A stretch of 64,000 bases of DNA, from positions 880-64,879 of IMG/VR virus record IMGVR_UViG_3300017780_003662; one strand, written 5' to 3'. A program made the translations under genes and the position numbers. Position 1 is the stretch's first letter. Every line of letters starts with the position of its first letter. The DNA is from a virus (lineage: Duplodnaviria; Caudoviricetes). This document shows positions 27,601 through 35,924 of the stretch, in pieces. The notes beneath the pieces are model-generated. The model saw only the letters and a program-made list of their open reading frames with translations, made no database searches and had not been told where the DNA came from.

Positions 27601-28062
27601 TTAAACTAAATCTTTAGTGCGGCCTGCGGCACGCTCGCGTTCCACTAGCTTGATCGCACGTTCCAAGTCTTTGACGGTGATGACTTCCAGCTGCGCATCG
27701 TGCAGCTCCATGAGCAAGTTAAGCGCCTGCAGTTCGTCGGCTTTCAGCACAAACTTACCCAGCTTGTGCTGCCGTTGAGCCACTTCAATAAGCGCAGCTT
27801 GCCCAGCGTCCATCTCGGCTTTGTACTCAGTACCAAATCCCATCAAGTACAAAGCCTCGACAACGTTGGCTGCCGATATCAGCCGGTTGAAGTCCTCTTT
27901 AGTTGCTTGCCCCTGCGCCAACGAAACCATGGACGCATGGGTTTTTATCTTCAACGTAAGAACGTGCGGGTTATGGCTAGCTAGCGGAGTTACGCTTTCA
28001 ACTACATACCCGATTGGATCTACAAGTACGGGTCTTGGTTTATATCGGCTTCGTTTGCGCAT
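27601..28062 (-). CDS. Hypothetical protein
   Basis: 153 aa in operon context; stop lies in a degenerate palindrome copy. Confidence 0.65.
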   Translation of the reverse strand: MRKRSRYKPRPVLVDPIGYVVESVTPLASHNPHVLTLKIKTHASMVSLAQGQATKEDFNRLISAANVVEALYLMGFGTEYKAEMDAGQAALIEVAQRQHKLGKFVLKADELQALNLLMELHDAQLEVITVKDLERAIKLVERERAAGRTKDLV

Positions 28063-28071
28063 CTCAAATAA

Positions 28072-28749
28072 TTATTGGACCTTACCACTCAGCCAGAACA
28101 AACCGATAGACAGTGCAACGGCCCCGCCAGCAAGTGCCAGCCCGGCCGGGCCAAGCCCTACCATAGACACTATCCCTAACGGCACGCCGAACATAAAGCA
28201 CAGCGCCGAAGCTGTAGAAAGAAACCGCTTGAGCTTACTGGCTGGAGGCGCCGCGGGCTCCTCTATCCGAGGGGGCCGCACAACTCGCGGGCGGGTGCGC
28301 GGCGCGGGCACTACGCTGTACGGAGTTATTACACTCGACGCTGCTATCGCCTCACGCACGTTGGCTGGCGGATGGGCAGTATACACATCATTAGCGGCCC
28401 ACTGCTCCGGAGCATTTACCGAGCGCGCGGTGCCAGGGGTAGACGGGGTCATGGAAGTCCGAGGGGTTACAAAGGTTCCAGTGGACTCGGGCGGATAGAT
28501 ATTCACGGGTGCGGTACCTCTCTCTATAGTCGATTCAAGTCGAGCAATCTTGCGCTCAAGAAAACGGATATGCTCGATTGCCTGTTGCACGATGGGCTTG
28601 TCAGAAACCTCTGACGGGGGATGATGCTTATAAAACGTCTTAACTGGATTGAGATCGCTAAAGCTGACCTGCTTTTTAGGCGACTCATCCAGCGGCACTA
28701 TCAACAGCTGGCGGTACAGGGACGGCGGAAGGGTCGGGCGCAGTGACAT
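28072..28749 (-). CDS. Hypothetical protein with C-terminal TM hairpin
   Basis: Coiled coil, Pro-rich linker, two hydrophobic C-terminal helices. Confidence 0.55.
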   Translation of the reverse strand: MSLRPTLPPSLYRQLLIVPLDESPKKQVSFSDLNPVKTFYKHHPPSEVSDKPIVQQAIEHIRFLERKIARLESTIERGTAPVNIYPPESTGTFVTPRTSMTPSTPGTARSVNAPEQWAANDVYTAHPPANVREAIAASSVITPYSVVPAPRTRPRVVRPPRIEEPAAPPASKLKRFLSTASALCFMFGVPLGIVSMVGLGPAGLALAGGAVALSIGLFWLSGKVQ

Positions 28750-28782
28750 TGGAGCCTCCAGGCAAAATCGGGCCGTACTTTT

Positions 28783-29145
28783 TTATTTCTTATCCCCTTC
28801 CCCCAAGGTAACGGCGTGGTGGAAGCACATCTTCGTGGCGAGCTGGTCATATGCCCTCGGACCCTCCCACACCCACTGATAAGTCGAAGTCCCGCGGGCG
28901 GACTTGATCTCGACGTTGCCGAAGGTCTGCCTGCAGCCTTTAGCAGTCACCTGCCACCTGTCGCTAAACTCGTCTGACCCAACCTCCCACAACGCACTGA
29001 GCACCGCGGGGCCTTTTGGCACGGTGTTGTGCAGAGTGGCGGGCAGCATGACGTATCCGGTCTTGTTAATCGTGAACGCCCACTCTGAAGGGTCGGCCGA
29101 CGCCACAGCGGGCAGAAAGAGCATTAGTGGTAACAACTTCTTCAT
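28783..29145 (-). CDS. Secreted/periplasmic protein
   Basis: Signal peptide MKKLLPLMLFLPAVASA; two Cys. Confidence 0.6.
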   Translation of the reverse strand: MKKLLPLMLFLPAVASADPSEWAFTINKTGYVMLPATLHNTVPKGPAVLSALWEVGSDEFSDRWQVTAKGCRQTFGNVEIKSARGTSTYQWVWEGPRAYDQLATKMCFHHAVTLGEGDKK

Positions 29146-29164
29146 GGTTCATCTCCTGGTTTAG

Positions 29165-29362
29165 TTACTTATTACGGGCTTCAATCATGGCGTCGGCGTA
29201 ACGGTACGCCAGCGTGGCAACACGGGCCTGCGCAGTCTTGCCCAGCGCCTCATCCAGACGGGTCTGCATGAACAGCTCAGGGTTACTCAGAATCGCTTGC
29301 ATCGCCTGGGTAGCGATCTGGTCGCGCGGCAGTAAAACGGCAGTAGTCATCTCGTCCCCCAC
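29165..29362 (-). CDS. Hypothetical protein (RD.IA..AMQAI...AY.YADAMI.AR)
   Basis: Motif typical of small phage early proteins. Confidence 0.55.
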   Translation of the reverse strand: MGDEMTTAVLLPRDQIATQAMQAILSNPELFMQTRLDEALGKTAQARVATLAYRYADAMIEARNK

Positions 29363-29462
29363 AAAAATTTATCAATAATCTCACCCAGCAACAGCACCCA
29401 AACGGTAAGCCCGGTTATGGTGCATAGGTGCAAGATCCACTGCATCCAATGCGGTAGCTTGT

Positions 29463-29654
29463 TCATTTCTCTTTACTCCTCTGCTTCTCATCACGCCGGC
29501 CTGCCTCAAAACCTTTCAGCCAAGCATCAGCAAGCATCCACTGAAGCGTAAATCCAGGCTCACCGCGCTCGCGCTGCGTGTAGTTGGTACGCTCCCATAG
29601 CTGCGCCAGTTTCTCGCCCATATCGCGGGCATGTGTTCGCTTTGGTGTTTTCAT
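29463..29654 (-). CDS. Hypothetical protein
   Basis: ATGA-coupled to the upstream gene. Confidence 0.5.
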   Translation of the reverse strand: MKTPKRTHARDMGEKLAQLWERTNYTQRERGEPGFTLQWMLADAWLKGFEAGRRDEKQRSKEK

Positions 29655-29830
29655 TTTTTCCTAAGATCCTCAGCGCACTTTAACCAGCCTTCTTCTTCAA
29701 GCCACTGAACACACGCCTCGCGCTCGGCAGCGGCGACAAGGGCGGCGAAACGGCGCAGCGATCCGTTGTCTCCATCAAAGCCAACAAATCCAGCCTCCCG
29801 CGCCATGCGGGTAATGTCGTCACGGTTCAT
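29651..29830 (-). CDS. MNRDDI.RMAREAG...AEREAC family small protein
   Basis: Paralog of 30120..30422. Confidence 0.6.
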   Translation of the reverse strand: MNRDDITRMAREAGFVGFDGDNGSLRRFAALVAAAEREACVQWLEEEGWLKCAEDLRKK

Positions 29831-30123
29831 TTCTCTTCCCTTGCTGGGATAGCGCTGGCGCAACTTGATGTTACGGCCGTGTTCGGAAGGCTCCAGCATC
29901 GCTTAGCGTTTAGTTGCGTTTGCTTGTCCAACCGCAAGTCGTACACCTCCATGATGCGTTGCATATCCCCCGGAGCCTTGACCATGGTAATGCAGTCCTG
30001 ATCCGTGTCCGTGAACACCGGGTAGTCCTCATGGTCGAACGTGTCGCACACGATGACCATGTGCCGCTTGCTTTGCTCTACGCCACTGTCAAACCATCTC
30101 TCAATCATTTCTCTCGTGGTCAT
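29827..30123 (-). CDS. Hypothetical protein (IVCDTFDHEDYPV)
   Basis: ATGA overlaps at both ends. Confidence 0.6.
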   Translation of the reverse strand: MTTREMIERWFDSGVEQSKRHMVIVCDTFDHEDYPVFTDTDQDCITMVKAPGDMQRIMEVYDLRLDKQTQLNAKRCWSLPNTAVTSSCASAIPAREEK

Positions 30124-30422
30124 TTCGCTCCCCTTGCGCGGATGGCGGCTGCTACGCCCGCTTTGTTTCGTCCTGGCTCGGTAGCCAACTTCAGACACTC
30201 CTCGCGCTCGGCCTTTACGCCGCCATCCCACCCGCACCGATAACATTCGGCAATTTCAAACGCCCTGTGCTCGCGCTCGGCAGCAGCGCCAGCGGCAAAG
30301 GCTAGTTCAGCAAACTTCTCAAACCCAGTCTCAGCCAACGCCAGCATCCACACTTCGTCATTGATGCAGCTTCGTTCTGCGCCGGCTTGTCGGGCCATGC
30401 GAATAATTTCATCGCGCTTCAT
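30120..30422 (-). CDS. MKRDEIIRMARQAG...AERE...AAAIRARG family small protein
   Basis: Paralog of 29651..29830; internal AERE duplication. Confidence 0.62.
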   Translation of the reverse strand: MKRDEIIRMARQAGAERSCINDEVWMLALAETGFEKFAELAFAAGAAAEREHRAFEIAECYRCGWDGGVKAEREECLKLATEPGRNKAGVAAAIRARGAK

Positions 30423-30595
30423 TTCTCTCCCCTCAGCCGCTCATACTCAGGCAACAGCGCTTTTGCTTCCTCTGGCATAACCATAATCCACACGATCATC
30501 TTGTGAAGGTCTAGCGGCAGCGTCCCGTGTTCAATCTCAATGCTGCTCTTGCCTGGGATGCTGGCTTTGTATTTGGTTTTGATGGTTTCGCTCAC
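30419..30595 (-). CDS. Hypothetical protein (58 aa)
   Basis: Hand translation MSETIKTKYK...RGEK; 4-nt overlaps at both ends. Confidence 0.55.
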   Translation of the reverse strand: MSETIKTKYKASIPGKSSIEIEHGTLPLDLHKMIVWIMVMPEEAKALLPEYERLRGEK

Positions 30596-30750
30596 GAGTT
30601 CTTCTCCTTCAACGGCTCACTCACAATCCGCCCGCACCACCGGCAATCACGATGGTAATAGCCGTCGTAAATCCATGCCGCACGCGGGAATGGGTGGTTG
30701 ATCTTCTTGCATAGCCACACGCCAAAACGGTACAGAATCGGCTCATCCAA
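30592..30750 (-). CDS. Small C/H/CxxC putative Zn-binding protein ending LKEKNS
   Basis: TTG start after GGAG; WLC...H...CRWCG; DUF1660-like spacing. Confidence 0.55.
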   Translation of the reverse strand: MDEPILYRFGVWLCKKINHPFPRAAWIYDGYYHRDCRWCGRIVSEPLKEKNS

Positions 30751-30844
30751 CGTTTTTCTCCCATTTCAATATCGCCCAGCTAATCAGCCCACCGAACAAA
30801 CCAACTCCGACTATTGCCAGCAACTCAAAACAATCACTTGTCAT
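30743..30844 (-). CDS. 33-aa single-TM peptide
   Basis: MTSDCFELLAIVGVGLFGGLISWAILKWEKNVG; AAGGAG upstream. Confidence 0.45.
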   Translation of the reverse strand: MTSDCFELLAIVGVGLFGGLISWAILKWEKNVG

Positions 30845-31268
30845 CGTTCTTCTCCTTCAACTTGACTTCGATGGCGCGGGCAAATTCATGCAACTGGCTC
30901 ATGCTGAATCCATCAAAGTACAGGTCTTCAATCTCCTCATCCGTCAGCCCAATCCACTCGCGGGAGGGTGCGGCGGCCATGTCAAGCAAACTGCGAGCGT
31001 GGTCGCGCTCATAAGGCGCATGGCACCATCCAAACCAAACCGCCATTGGATGCGACATAAGAGATCGGGCATCGTCTGGCGTAACGTTGCGATAAACCAC
31101 AGTCATCGTCCGATCATTCGCCACCGGCTCCTGCTTCTCTGCCTCAGCTATCGCAGAGCGGAGGGTGACAATGACTTCTGAATGTGCGTCCAAGTCCTTA
31201 TCTGAGTTGGAATAAGGATGCGATTTGTTCAACGCCTCAAGCGCCTGTTTCATCGCTTCAATACTCAC
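30834..31268 (-). CDS. Framework-array protein (MSIEAMKQALEAL...KLKEKN)
   Basis: All four conserved blocks present. Confidence 0.75.
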   Translation of the reverse strand: MSIEAMKQALEALNKSHPYSNSDKDLDAHSEVIVTLRSAIAEAEKQEPVANDRTMTVVYRNVTPDDARSLMSHPMAVWFGWCHAPYERDHARSLLDMAAAPSREWIGLTDEEIEDLYFDGFSMSQLHEFARAIEVKLKEKNDDK

Positions 31269-31696
31269 GCGTTCTTCTCCTTCAACTTGGCTTCGATGAT
31301 GTCGCGCAACTTCAACAATGAGTCGTCACACACCTCGCCATCTGGCGTCCACCAGTGCATTTCCTTTGGGTCGTCGTCGTTGTCGTAATCCTCGTGAATG
31401 TCAAACCCAGCCTGATACGCAGCGACCATTACATCCTCATCCGTCAGTCCAGCCCACTCGCGGCGGGGTGGCACGAGAATCGTCTGTATCTGGCTGTCGG
31501 CACTACGCTGCCCGCGGTAGACGTTGCCGTCGCCGTAGCAGTCCATCTCCTGCTGCACATCCTGTCCGGATGCCTCAGCTATCGCAGCGCGGAGGGCGTT
31601 AAAAGCGCGATATTGAAGTACGCGCCATTCAGCTTTGGACATATCATGCTTGCTGTCCAACGCCTCAAGCGCCATCTTCATTGCTTCTATACTCAC
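31265..31696 (-). CDS. Framework-array protein
   Basis: GTG start in a GTGA overlap; four conserved blocks. Confidence 0.75.
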   Translation of the reverse strand: MSIEAMKMALEALDSKHDMSKAEWRVLQYRAFNALRAAIAEASGQDVQQEMDCYGDGNVYRGQRSADSQIQTILVPPRREWAGLTDEDVMVAAYQAGFDIHEDYDNDDDPKEMHWWTPDGEVCDDSLLKLRDIIEAKLKEKNA

Positions 31697-32136
31697 GAGT
31701 TCTTCTCCTTCAACTTGGCTTCGATCTGGTCGAACAGCTTGCGGGTGTAGCCTTTGATGGGCGTATCGCCCCACGGCCCGATGATTTCTTTTATCTCCTC
31801 ATCCGTCAGCCCAGCCCACTCGCGGCGGGGTGGGACAACTTCCCATATCTTTTCTGGAAACGGCTCCTTGTATATCGACGCAGGATCAATCCGTTTCCCG
31901 CCTAGTGTGATGCCCATGCCGTAGATGGCTTGATCCGCCACAGCAGTCTCAATCGCTTGCTGCACATCCGTAAGCTGCTGCATGGCAGCCTCAGTTATCG
32001 CGGCGCGGAGGGCTGCGCGCACAGGGCCGTTGCGATCAACGTAGTCATCGCAGTGCGAACAACGATGGCCGGGGTCGTCGTGCTCGTCCGAGCAAGTCAG
32101 CGCCTCAAGCGCTTGCTTCATTGCTTCTATACTCAC
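31693..32136 (-). CDS. Framework-array protein
   Basis: Four conserved blocks; Cys/His-rich first variable segment. Confidence 0.75.
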   Translation of the reverse strand: MSIEAMKQALEALTCSDEHDDPGHRCSHCDDYVDRNGPVRAALRAAITEAAMQQLTDVQQAIETAVADQAIYGMGITLGGKRIDPASIYKEPFPEKIWEVVPPRREWAGLTDEEIKEIIGPWGDTPIKGYTRKLFDQIEAKLKEKNS

Positions 32137-32357
32137 GCGTTCTTCTCCTTCATCAAATCACCGAGGGTGTTAGCAAACCGAGTCAATTGGTAAATCACAA
32201 CCTCATGCGACATACCAAGATGAAAACTCATGCCAGACTCTCGCATCGCTTTGATAACGTCGTTCTTTGCCAGCCCAACCCACGGCTTTTCCAGACACGA
32301 CACACAATAAAGCGCCCATCCGTCCTGCTTGCTTTTGCCACACTCATCGCACGTCAT
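32133..32357 (-). CDS. Partial framework-array protein with CxxC-CxxC N-terminus
   Basis: CDEC...CVSC, PWVGL, KEKNA. Confidence 0.6.
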   Translation of the reverse strand: MTCDECGKSKQDGWALYCVSCLEKPWVGLAKNDVIKAMRESGMSFHLGMSHEVVIYQLTRFANTLGDLMKEKNA

Positions 32358-32566
32358 GCTTCCACCTGAAGTAGTCTGAGCTTCATGCGCTCAAGCAACC
32401 AGAGAACCGTCCCACCATCTGCGTAAGATGACGCGAAATATTCTTCGCCATCAGGTGTCCAACCCATAATCGCCACGCCTTCCAGTTGCCCGATAGCTGA
32501 CTCAAGAATTGCATCTGGCGGCAAATCAAGTTTGGTAATGCCGGTAAATGGAATGACTTTACTCAC
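32354..32566 (-). CDS. Hypothetical protein (70 aa)
   Basis: GW..DGEEYFASS..DGGTVLWLLER; coupled overlaps. Confidence 0.65.
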   Translation of the reverse strand: MSKVIPFTGITKLDLPPDAILESAIGQLEGVAIMGWTPDGEEYFASSYADGGTVLWLLERMKLRLLQVEA

Positions 32567-32928
32567 GAGTTCTTCTCCTTCAGCTTGGCTTCGATGGCTT
32601 GCGGATTCCGTTTGATCGTGAATTGAAGCGTCCCATTGTTGTAGGACTGGAAAGCATCAATCCTCATGTCACTTGGCAGCATCATGCGGCACGACTCATT
32701 CCACCATTCGACCCGCCAATTCTTTCCGTTTTTTGGCTCACGCAGGTCGTCTGCCGTCAGCCCAACCCACTCAAGATTTGGACGCAACGGCAGGAGTAGC
32801 TTTGATACGTAAACCGAAATGTCGTCGCACCCCGGTTGCCATCTCTGTGCTGCCGTTTCAATGTTGTCCCAGTGATAGGTTGTGGTGCCATCTGCGTTAA
32901 TGCGACAAATCTCACTGTTTTCTGTCAT
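32563..32928 (-). CDS. Partial framework-array protein (blocks 3 and 4 only)
   Basis: EWVGLT...AIEAKLKEKNS. Confidence 0.65.
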   Translation of the reverse strand: MTENSEICRINADGTTTYHWDNIETAAQRWQPGCDDISVYVSKLLLPLRPNLEWVGLTADDLREPKNGKNWRVEWWNESCRMMLPSDMRIDAFQSYNNGTLQFTIKRNPQAIEAKLKEKNS

Positions 32929-33113
32929 GTGTTGCGCTCCTTAAGCTTTGCAGCAATGTCTCTTTCAATCATCAGCCGCTCTGTTTGTGCATCAACAGGT
33001 ACACCCCACCTGCCGCATTCGCGGCATTGCCAGTTGATGCGCCCGTAGCAATCCCGTTTTATGTCCCCGCCGTGGAACCAACTGCACCACTTATCCATTA
33101 GCCAACTAATCAC
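32925..33113 (-). CDS. Small C/H/CxxC protein ending KLKERNT
   Basis: WC.WFH...CRECG; paralog-like to 30592..30750. Confidence 0.6.
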   Translation of the reverse strand: MISWLMDKWCSWFHGGDIKRDCYGRINWQCRECGRWGVPVDAQTERLMIERDIAAKLKERNT

Positions 33114-33481
33114 GGGTTCTTCTCCTTTAACTTGGCTTCAATGGCGCGGGCAAAGTCGTAGACTCCGCTGGTTTCGTAGCTTTCAATCTGGCAAGCCAGC
33201 ATTGCGTCAGCCGTTTTCGCAATCTCCTCATCCGTCAGCCCAACCCACTCGCGGCGGGGTGGGTGGGTGTATAACGCCATGCCAGTAGGCAGCACAACGT
33301 GCTCTATCGGCCTCACGACGAGATGCCCGTCGTAGTAGCCTGTTACGTAGGCGACCGGCTCCTGTTTTTCTGCCTCAGCTATCGCGGCACGGAGGGCGGT
33401 GACGGCGTCACGTTGTTTTTGCATGCGGTCAGCGGTTAATTCCAGCGCCTCCAATGCCATCTTCATAGCTTCGATGCTCAC
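33110..33481 (-). CDS. Framework-array protein
   Basis: Four conserved blocks. Confidence 0.75.
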   Translation of the reverse strand: MSIEAMKMALEALELTADRMQKQRDAVTALRAAIAEAEKQEPVAYVTGYYDGHLVVRPIEHVVLPTGMALYTHPPRREWVGLTDEEIAKTADAMLACQIESYETSGVYDFARAIEAKLKEKNP

Positions 33482-33855
33482 GAGTTTTGCTCCTTCAGAT
33501 GCGCGTCCACCGCCCGCAATACGCCCTTGCCTAACTCGTCCAAGCCAAGCTCCTCAGACCAAAAGTTCAGGTCGTCTTCAGTTAGCCCAACCCACTCGCG
33601 GCGAGGGGGGTGGGTGTAGTACGGAATTTCTTCCAGCCCAAGCTCGCGCGCTTCTTCTGGATAAATGGCTGGCCTCTGCTCCATCTCCTGCTGCACATCC
33701 GTAAGCCGCTGCATCGCTGCCTCAGCTATCGCGGCGCGGAGGGCATCAATGGCTTTGTGTTGTTGGTGCAGTTGGGCTTTGACTCCGTAATCCTCAATAA
33801 CCGGCAAATTCCATTCCAACGCCGCAAGTGCTTGCTTCATGGCATCAAGACTCAT
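33478..33855 (-). CDS. Framework-array protein
   Basis: Four conserved blocks (slightly diverged). Confidence 0.75.
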   Translation of the reverse strand: MSLDAMKQALAALEWNLPVIEDYGVKAQLHQQHKAIDALRAAIAEAAMQRLTDVQQEMEQRPAIYPEEARELGLEEIPYYTHPPRREWVGLTEDDLNFWSEELGLDELGKGVLRAVDAHLKEQNS

Positions 33856-34145
33856 ATCAATCCCGCCATCCGTTGTTGAACAAGGCTCTCAGCTTCCGCC
33901 ACTGCTGACTTTCCTTCCTTGGCTTCCAGGATCCGCTTGTAGTGCTGCCATTTGGACGCCTCCCACTGAAGATGGGCCATCGTCGGTTGCTGGTTGATGA
34001 TGACGGCGTGCTGATAATCGACGGTGCCTTGCAGGTTAGTTACTCGGGCCTGAAGGCTTTCGTTTTCTTGTTTCAGCTCGCCATAGGTCAAACGCTTAAT
34101 TTGTTCAGATGGCAATGTGGCTTGTTGATTAGGTTGCACGTTCAT
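33852..34145 (-). CDS. Hypothetical coiled-coil protein
   Basis: ATGA overlaps at both ends. Confidence 0.55.
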   Translation of the reverse strand: MNVQPNQQATLPSEQIKRLTYGELKQENESLQARVTNLQGTVDYQHAVIINQQPTMAHLQWEASKWQHYKRILEAKEGKSAVAEAESLVQQRMAGLI

Positions 34146-34318
34146 GCTTGCTCCTTGGGTGGGGGTGTGAACTGACTAAGTGCGGCTTTGACAAGCTCGC
34201 GGGCGTGGCTGGCATCTTCTCTCCCGGCTGCGGTCTGTAAGTGGGCTCCGGAATGCACAGCGATACCGAGGATACTGTCAGCTGCCTTTAGTGCCTTCAT
34301 CACCAACTCCAGATTCAT
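34142..34318 (-). CDS. Hypothetical protein (58 aa)
   Basis: Hand translation MNLELVMKALKAADSILG...KEQA. Confidence 0.5.
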   Translation of the reverse strand: MNLELVMKALKAADSILGIAVHSGAHLQTAAGREDASHARELVKAALSQFTPPPKEQA

Positions 34319-34469
34319 CTTGAGTCCTTTCAGGTTGATAAGCCCCGCTTCGAGCCTTTACTCGAGCGGTACAAAGGGCGCACCGCCATCGCCTGCCGGC
34401 GGCAGTCTTTACCCAGTCCCCGCTGTCTATGGGCCGGGTTTTCATACAGTTGCTACAAAACTTTGTCAT
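34278..34469 (-). CDS. Zn-ribbon small protein
   Basis: CSNC...CALC. Confidence 0.55.
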   Translation of the reverse strand: MTKFCSNCMKTRPIDSGDWVKTAAGRRWRCALCTARVKARSGAYQPERTQDESGVGDEGTKGS

Positions 34470-34717
34470 CTATCCTGGTGCACGACAAATTTCACCAAGC
34501 TGCAGTTCTCGTCGATACTGAACCACAGCACCCGTTCGGGGGGAGGATCCGACACCATCAGGAAATACTCCCCAACGGTCGCGATAGTAACAATATTTGT
34601 CAGCCAGTCAGGGCGCTCTGGCACTGCCGCTTCATGGTCATCTACTGCACACGGGCCGTAGGCGGTAAACCAGTAGCGCCCGGCGTTCTCTGCATACCGG
34701 CACTCAACTGGCTCCAT
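34466..34717 (-). CDS. Hypothetical protein
   Basis: MEPVECRYAEN...; operon context. Confidence 0.5.
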   Translation of the reverse strand: MEPVECRYAENAGRYWFTAYGPCAVDDHEAAVPERPDWLTNIVTIATVGEYFLMVSDPPPERVLWFSIDENCSLVKFVVHQDR

Positions 34718-34970
34718 TCTTCTCGTCCTCCAGCTTGGTGACGAGCGATAGCGCGCCGTACTCATCGTCGGTAACGCACTGCGCACGCAGCAGGTCCCCT
34801 GGGAGGTACGGACGGATAAGCCTGACGTAGTTGGACTTGTTGGGCCCAGACCGGTCCCCAACCCATTTCTCTTCGACGCGCTCGCTGCCTGACAACGCTT
34901 GCGCAAGCAGATCCAGCTGCTCGTACGACAGAATGACGTTCGTACCACTTATCTCTACTTTAAATTTCAT
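34704..34970 (-). CDS. Hypothetical protein
   Basis: 88 aa in operon context. Confidence 0.6.
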   Translation of the reverse strand: MKFKVEISGTNVILSYEQLDLLAQALSGSERVEEKWVGDRSGPNKSNYVRLIRPYLPGDLLRAQCVTDDEYGALSLVTKLEDEKNGAS

Positions 34971-35550
34971 CGTCGTCTACCTCGAAAGTTACTTCGTTAG
35001 CGTCACAAGAGTCCATGAACTGTTCTTCAGATGTTTCCCACTCGTAGGCTTCCTCAAGTTGACGTGCTAGATCACTACACAGGTCACGTATGAATGGCTT
35101 AGCGGCTTCGTAAGGGTCGTGCTGCACCCACATCTCCTTCAACATCTCGACCCAATCATCTAGCGGCATGTCCGCAAACACACCGAGCGGATTGGTGTAA
35201 AGCGTGCTTTCCTGTAGCTCGAAGTCTATGTTCCCGCGGTGCGTTGTACTGAGCGACGCGTAGCTGCCGTCCTCGACCACGGCCAGATACAACGGATAGC
35301 ACTTCTCGTGCAGCCCAAGCCGCTCCATGATCGGCGCCAAGCTCGCACGCCCGGCGAACGCCGCTTGCGTGTGCGCTAGATTAAAAGTTGGCTTGTTGAG
35401 TCTGTGCAGCCCAAGAATCTTAGTTTCGTCTACGAATGTGTCCCACACTGGGTACCACCAATCATCCGGTATGTAACTGGTCCATTTCCAGTACTCCTCA
35501 AGGTAGCGTTTGTAGTCATGCTCCTTCAGCTCGTGTACTGTCATCTCCAT
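34960..35550 (-). CDS. Acidic, Trp-rich early protein
   Basis: 196 aa; AYEWETSEEQFMDSCDANEVTF C-terminus. Confidence 0.6.
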   Translation of the reverse strand: MEMTVHELKEHDYKRYLEEYWKWTSYIPDDWWYPVWDTFVDETKILGLHRLNKPTFNLAHTQAAFAGRASLAPIMERLGLHEKCYPLYLAVVEDGSYASLSTTHRGNIDFELQESTLYTNPLGVFADMPLDDWVEMLKEMWVQHDPYEAAKPFIRDLCSDLARQLEEAYEWETSEEQFMDSCDANEVTFEVDDDEI

Positions 35551-35923
35551 CGTCGGCTCCTTGGTTAAATTCGCGTGATACCTCGTACATCAATGACGCA
35601 GCGGGGATGTCCAGCTCTGCCATTAACTTCACGGCGTCAGGCGGAGTGTCCATCATGTACCCCACGTCGTCCCACGCCAGGAGCGTGGTCGCCGCTGTGG
35701 CCAGGGCCGGGTGGCTAGACCGCAGCCGCCTCGCTATCCGCCACACCTCCTCCAGCGCCGTGTCTCGGTGCAGCTCATGTATCAGTCGCAGCGTCTCCGC
35801 CCACTCAAGGTTCGGCGGGAACATAAACCGCCACCGTTGCGGGTTATCCCGAGCATGCTGGAACAGCCGCTGGATATACTCCGAGTTAGGCAGTGGGCGC
35901 CACGCTCGCTCCCAGCTCAGCAT
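35516..35923 (-). CDS. Tandem paralog 3 (W..LPN..YI.R...WDD..Y..DTPP.AV.L)
   Basis: Shares terminal motifs with the two upstream paralogs. Confidence 0.65.
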   Translation of the reverse strand: MLSWERAWRPLPNSEYIQRLFQHARDNPQRWRFMFPPNLEWAETLRLIHELHRDTALEEVWRIARRLRSSHPALATAATTLLAWDDVGYMMDTPPDAVKLMAELDIPAASLMYEVSREFNQGADDGDDSTRAEGA

Positions 35924-35924
35924 G

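Noticed and set aside
30592-33855. Diversity-generating retroelement
   Set aside because: No reverse transcriptase or Avd, and no TR/VR pair with adenine-specific differences; variable segments are wholly unrelated
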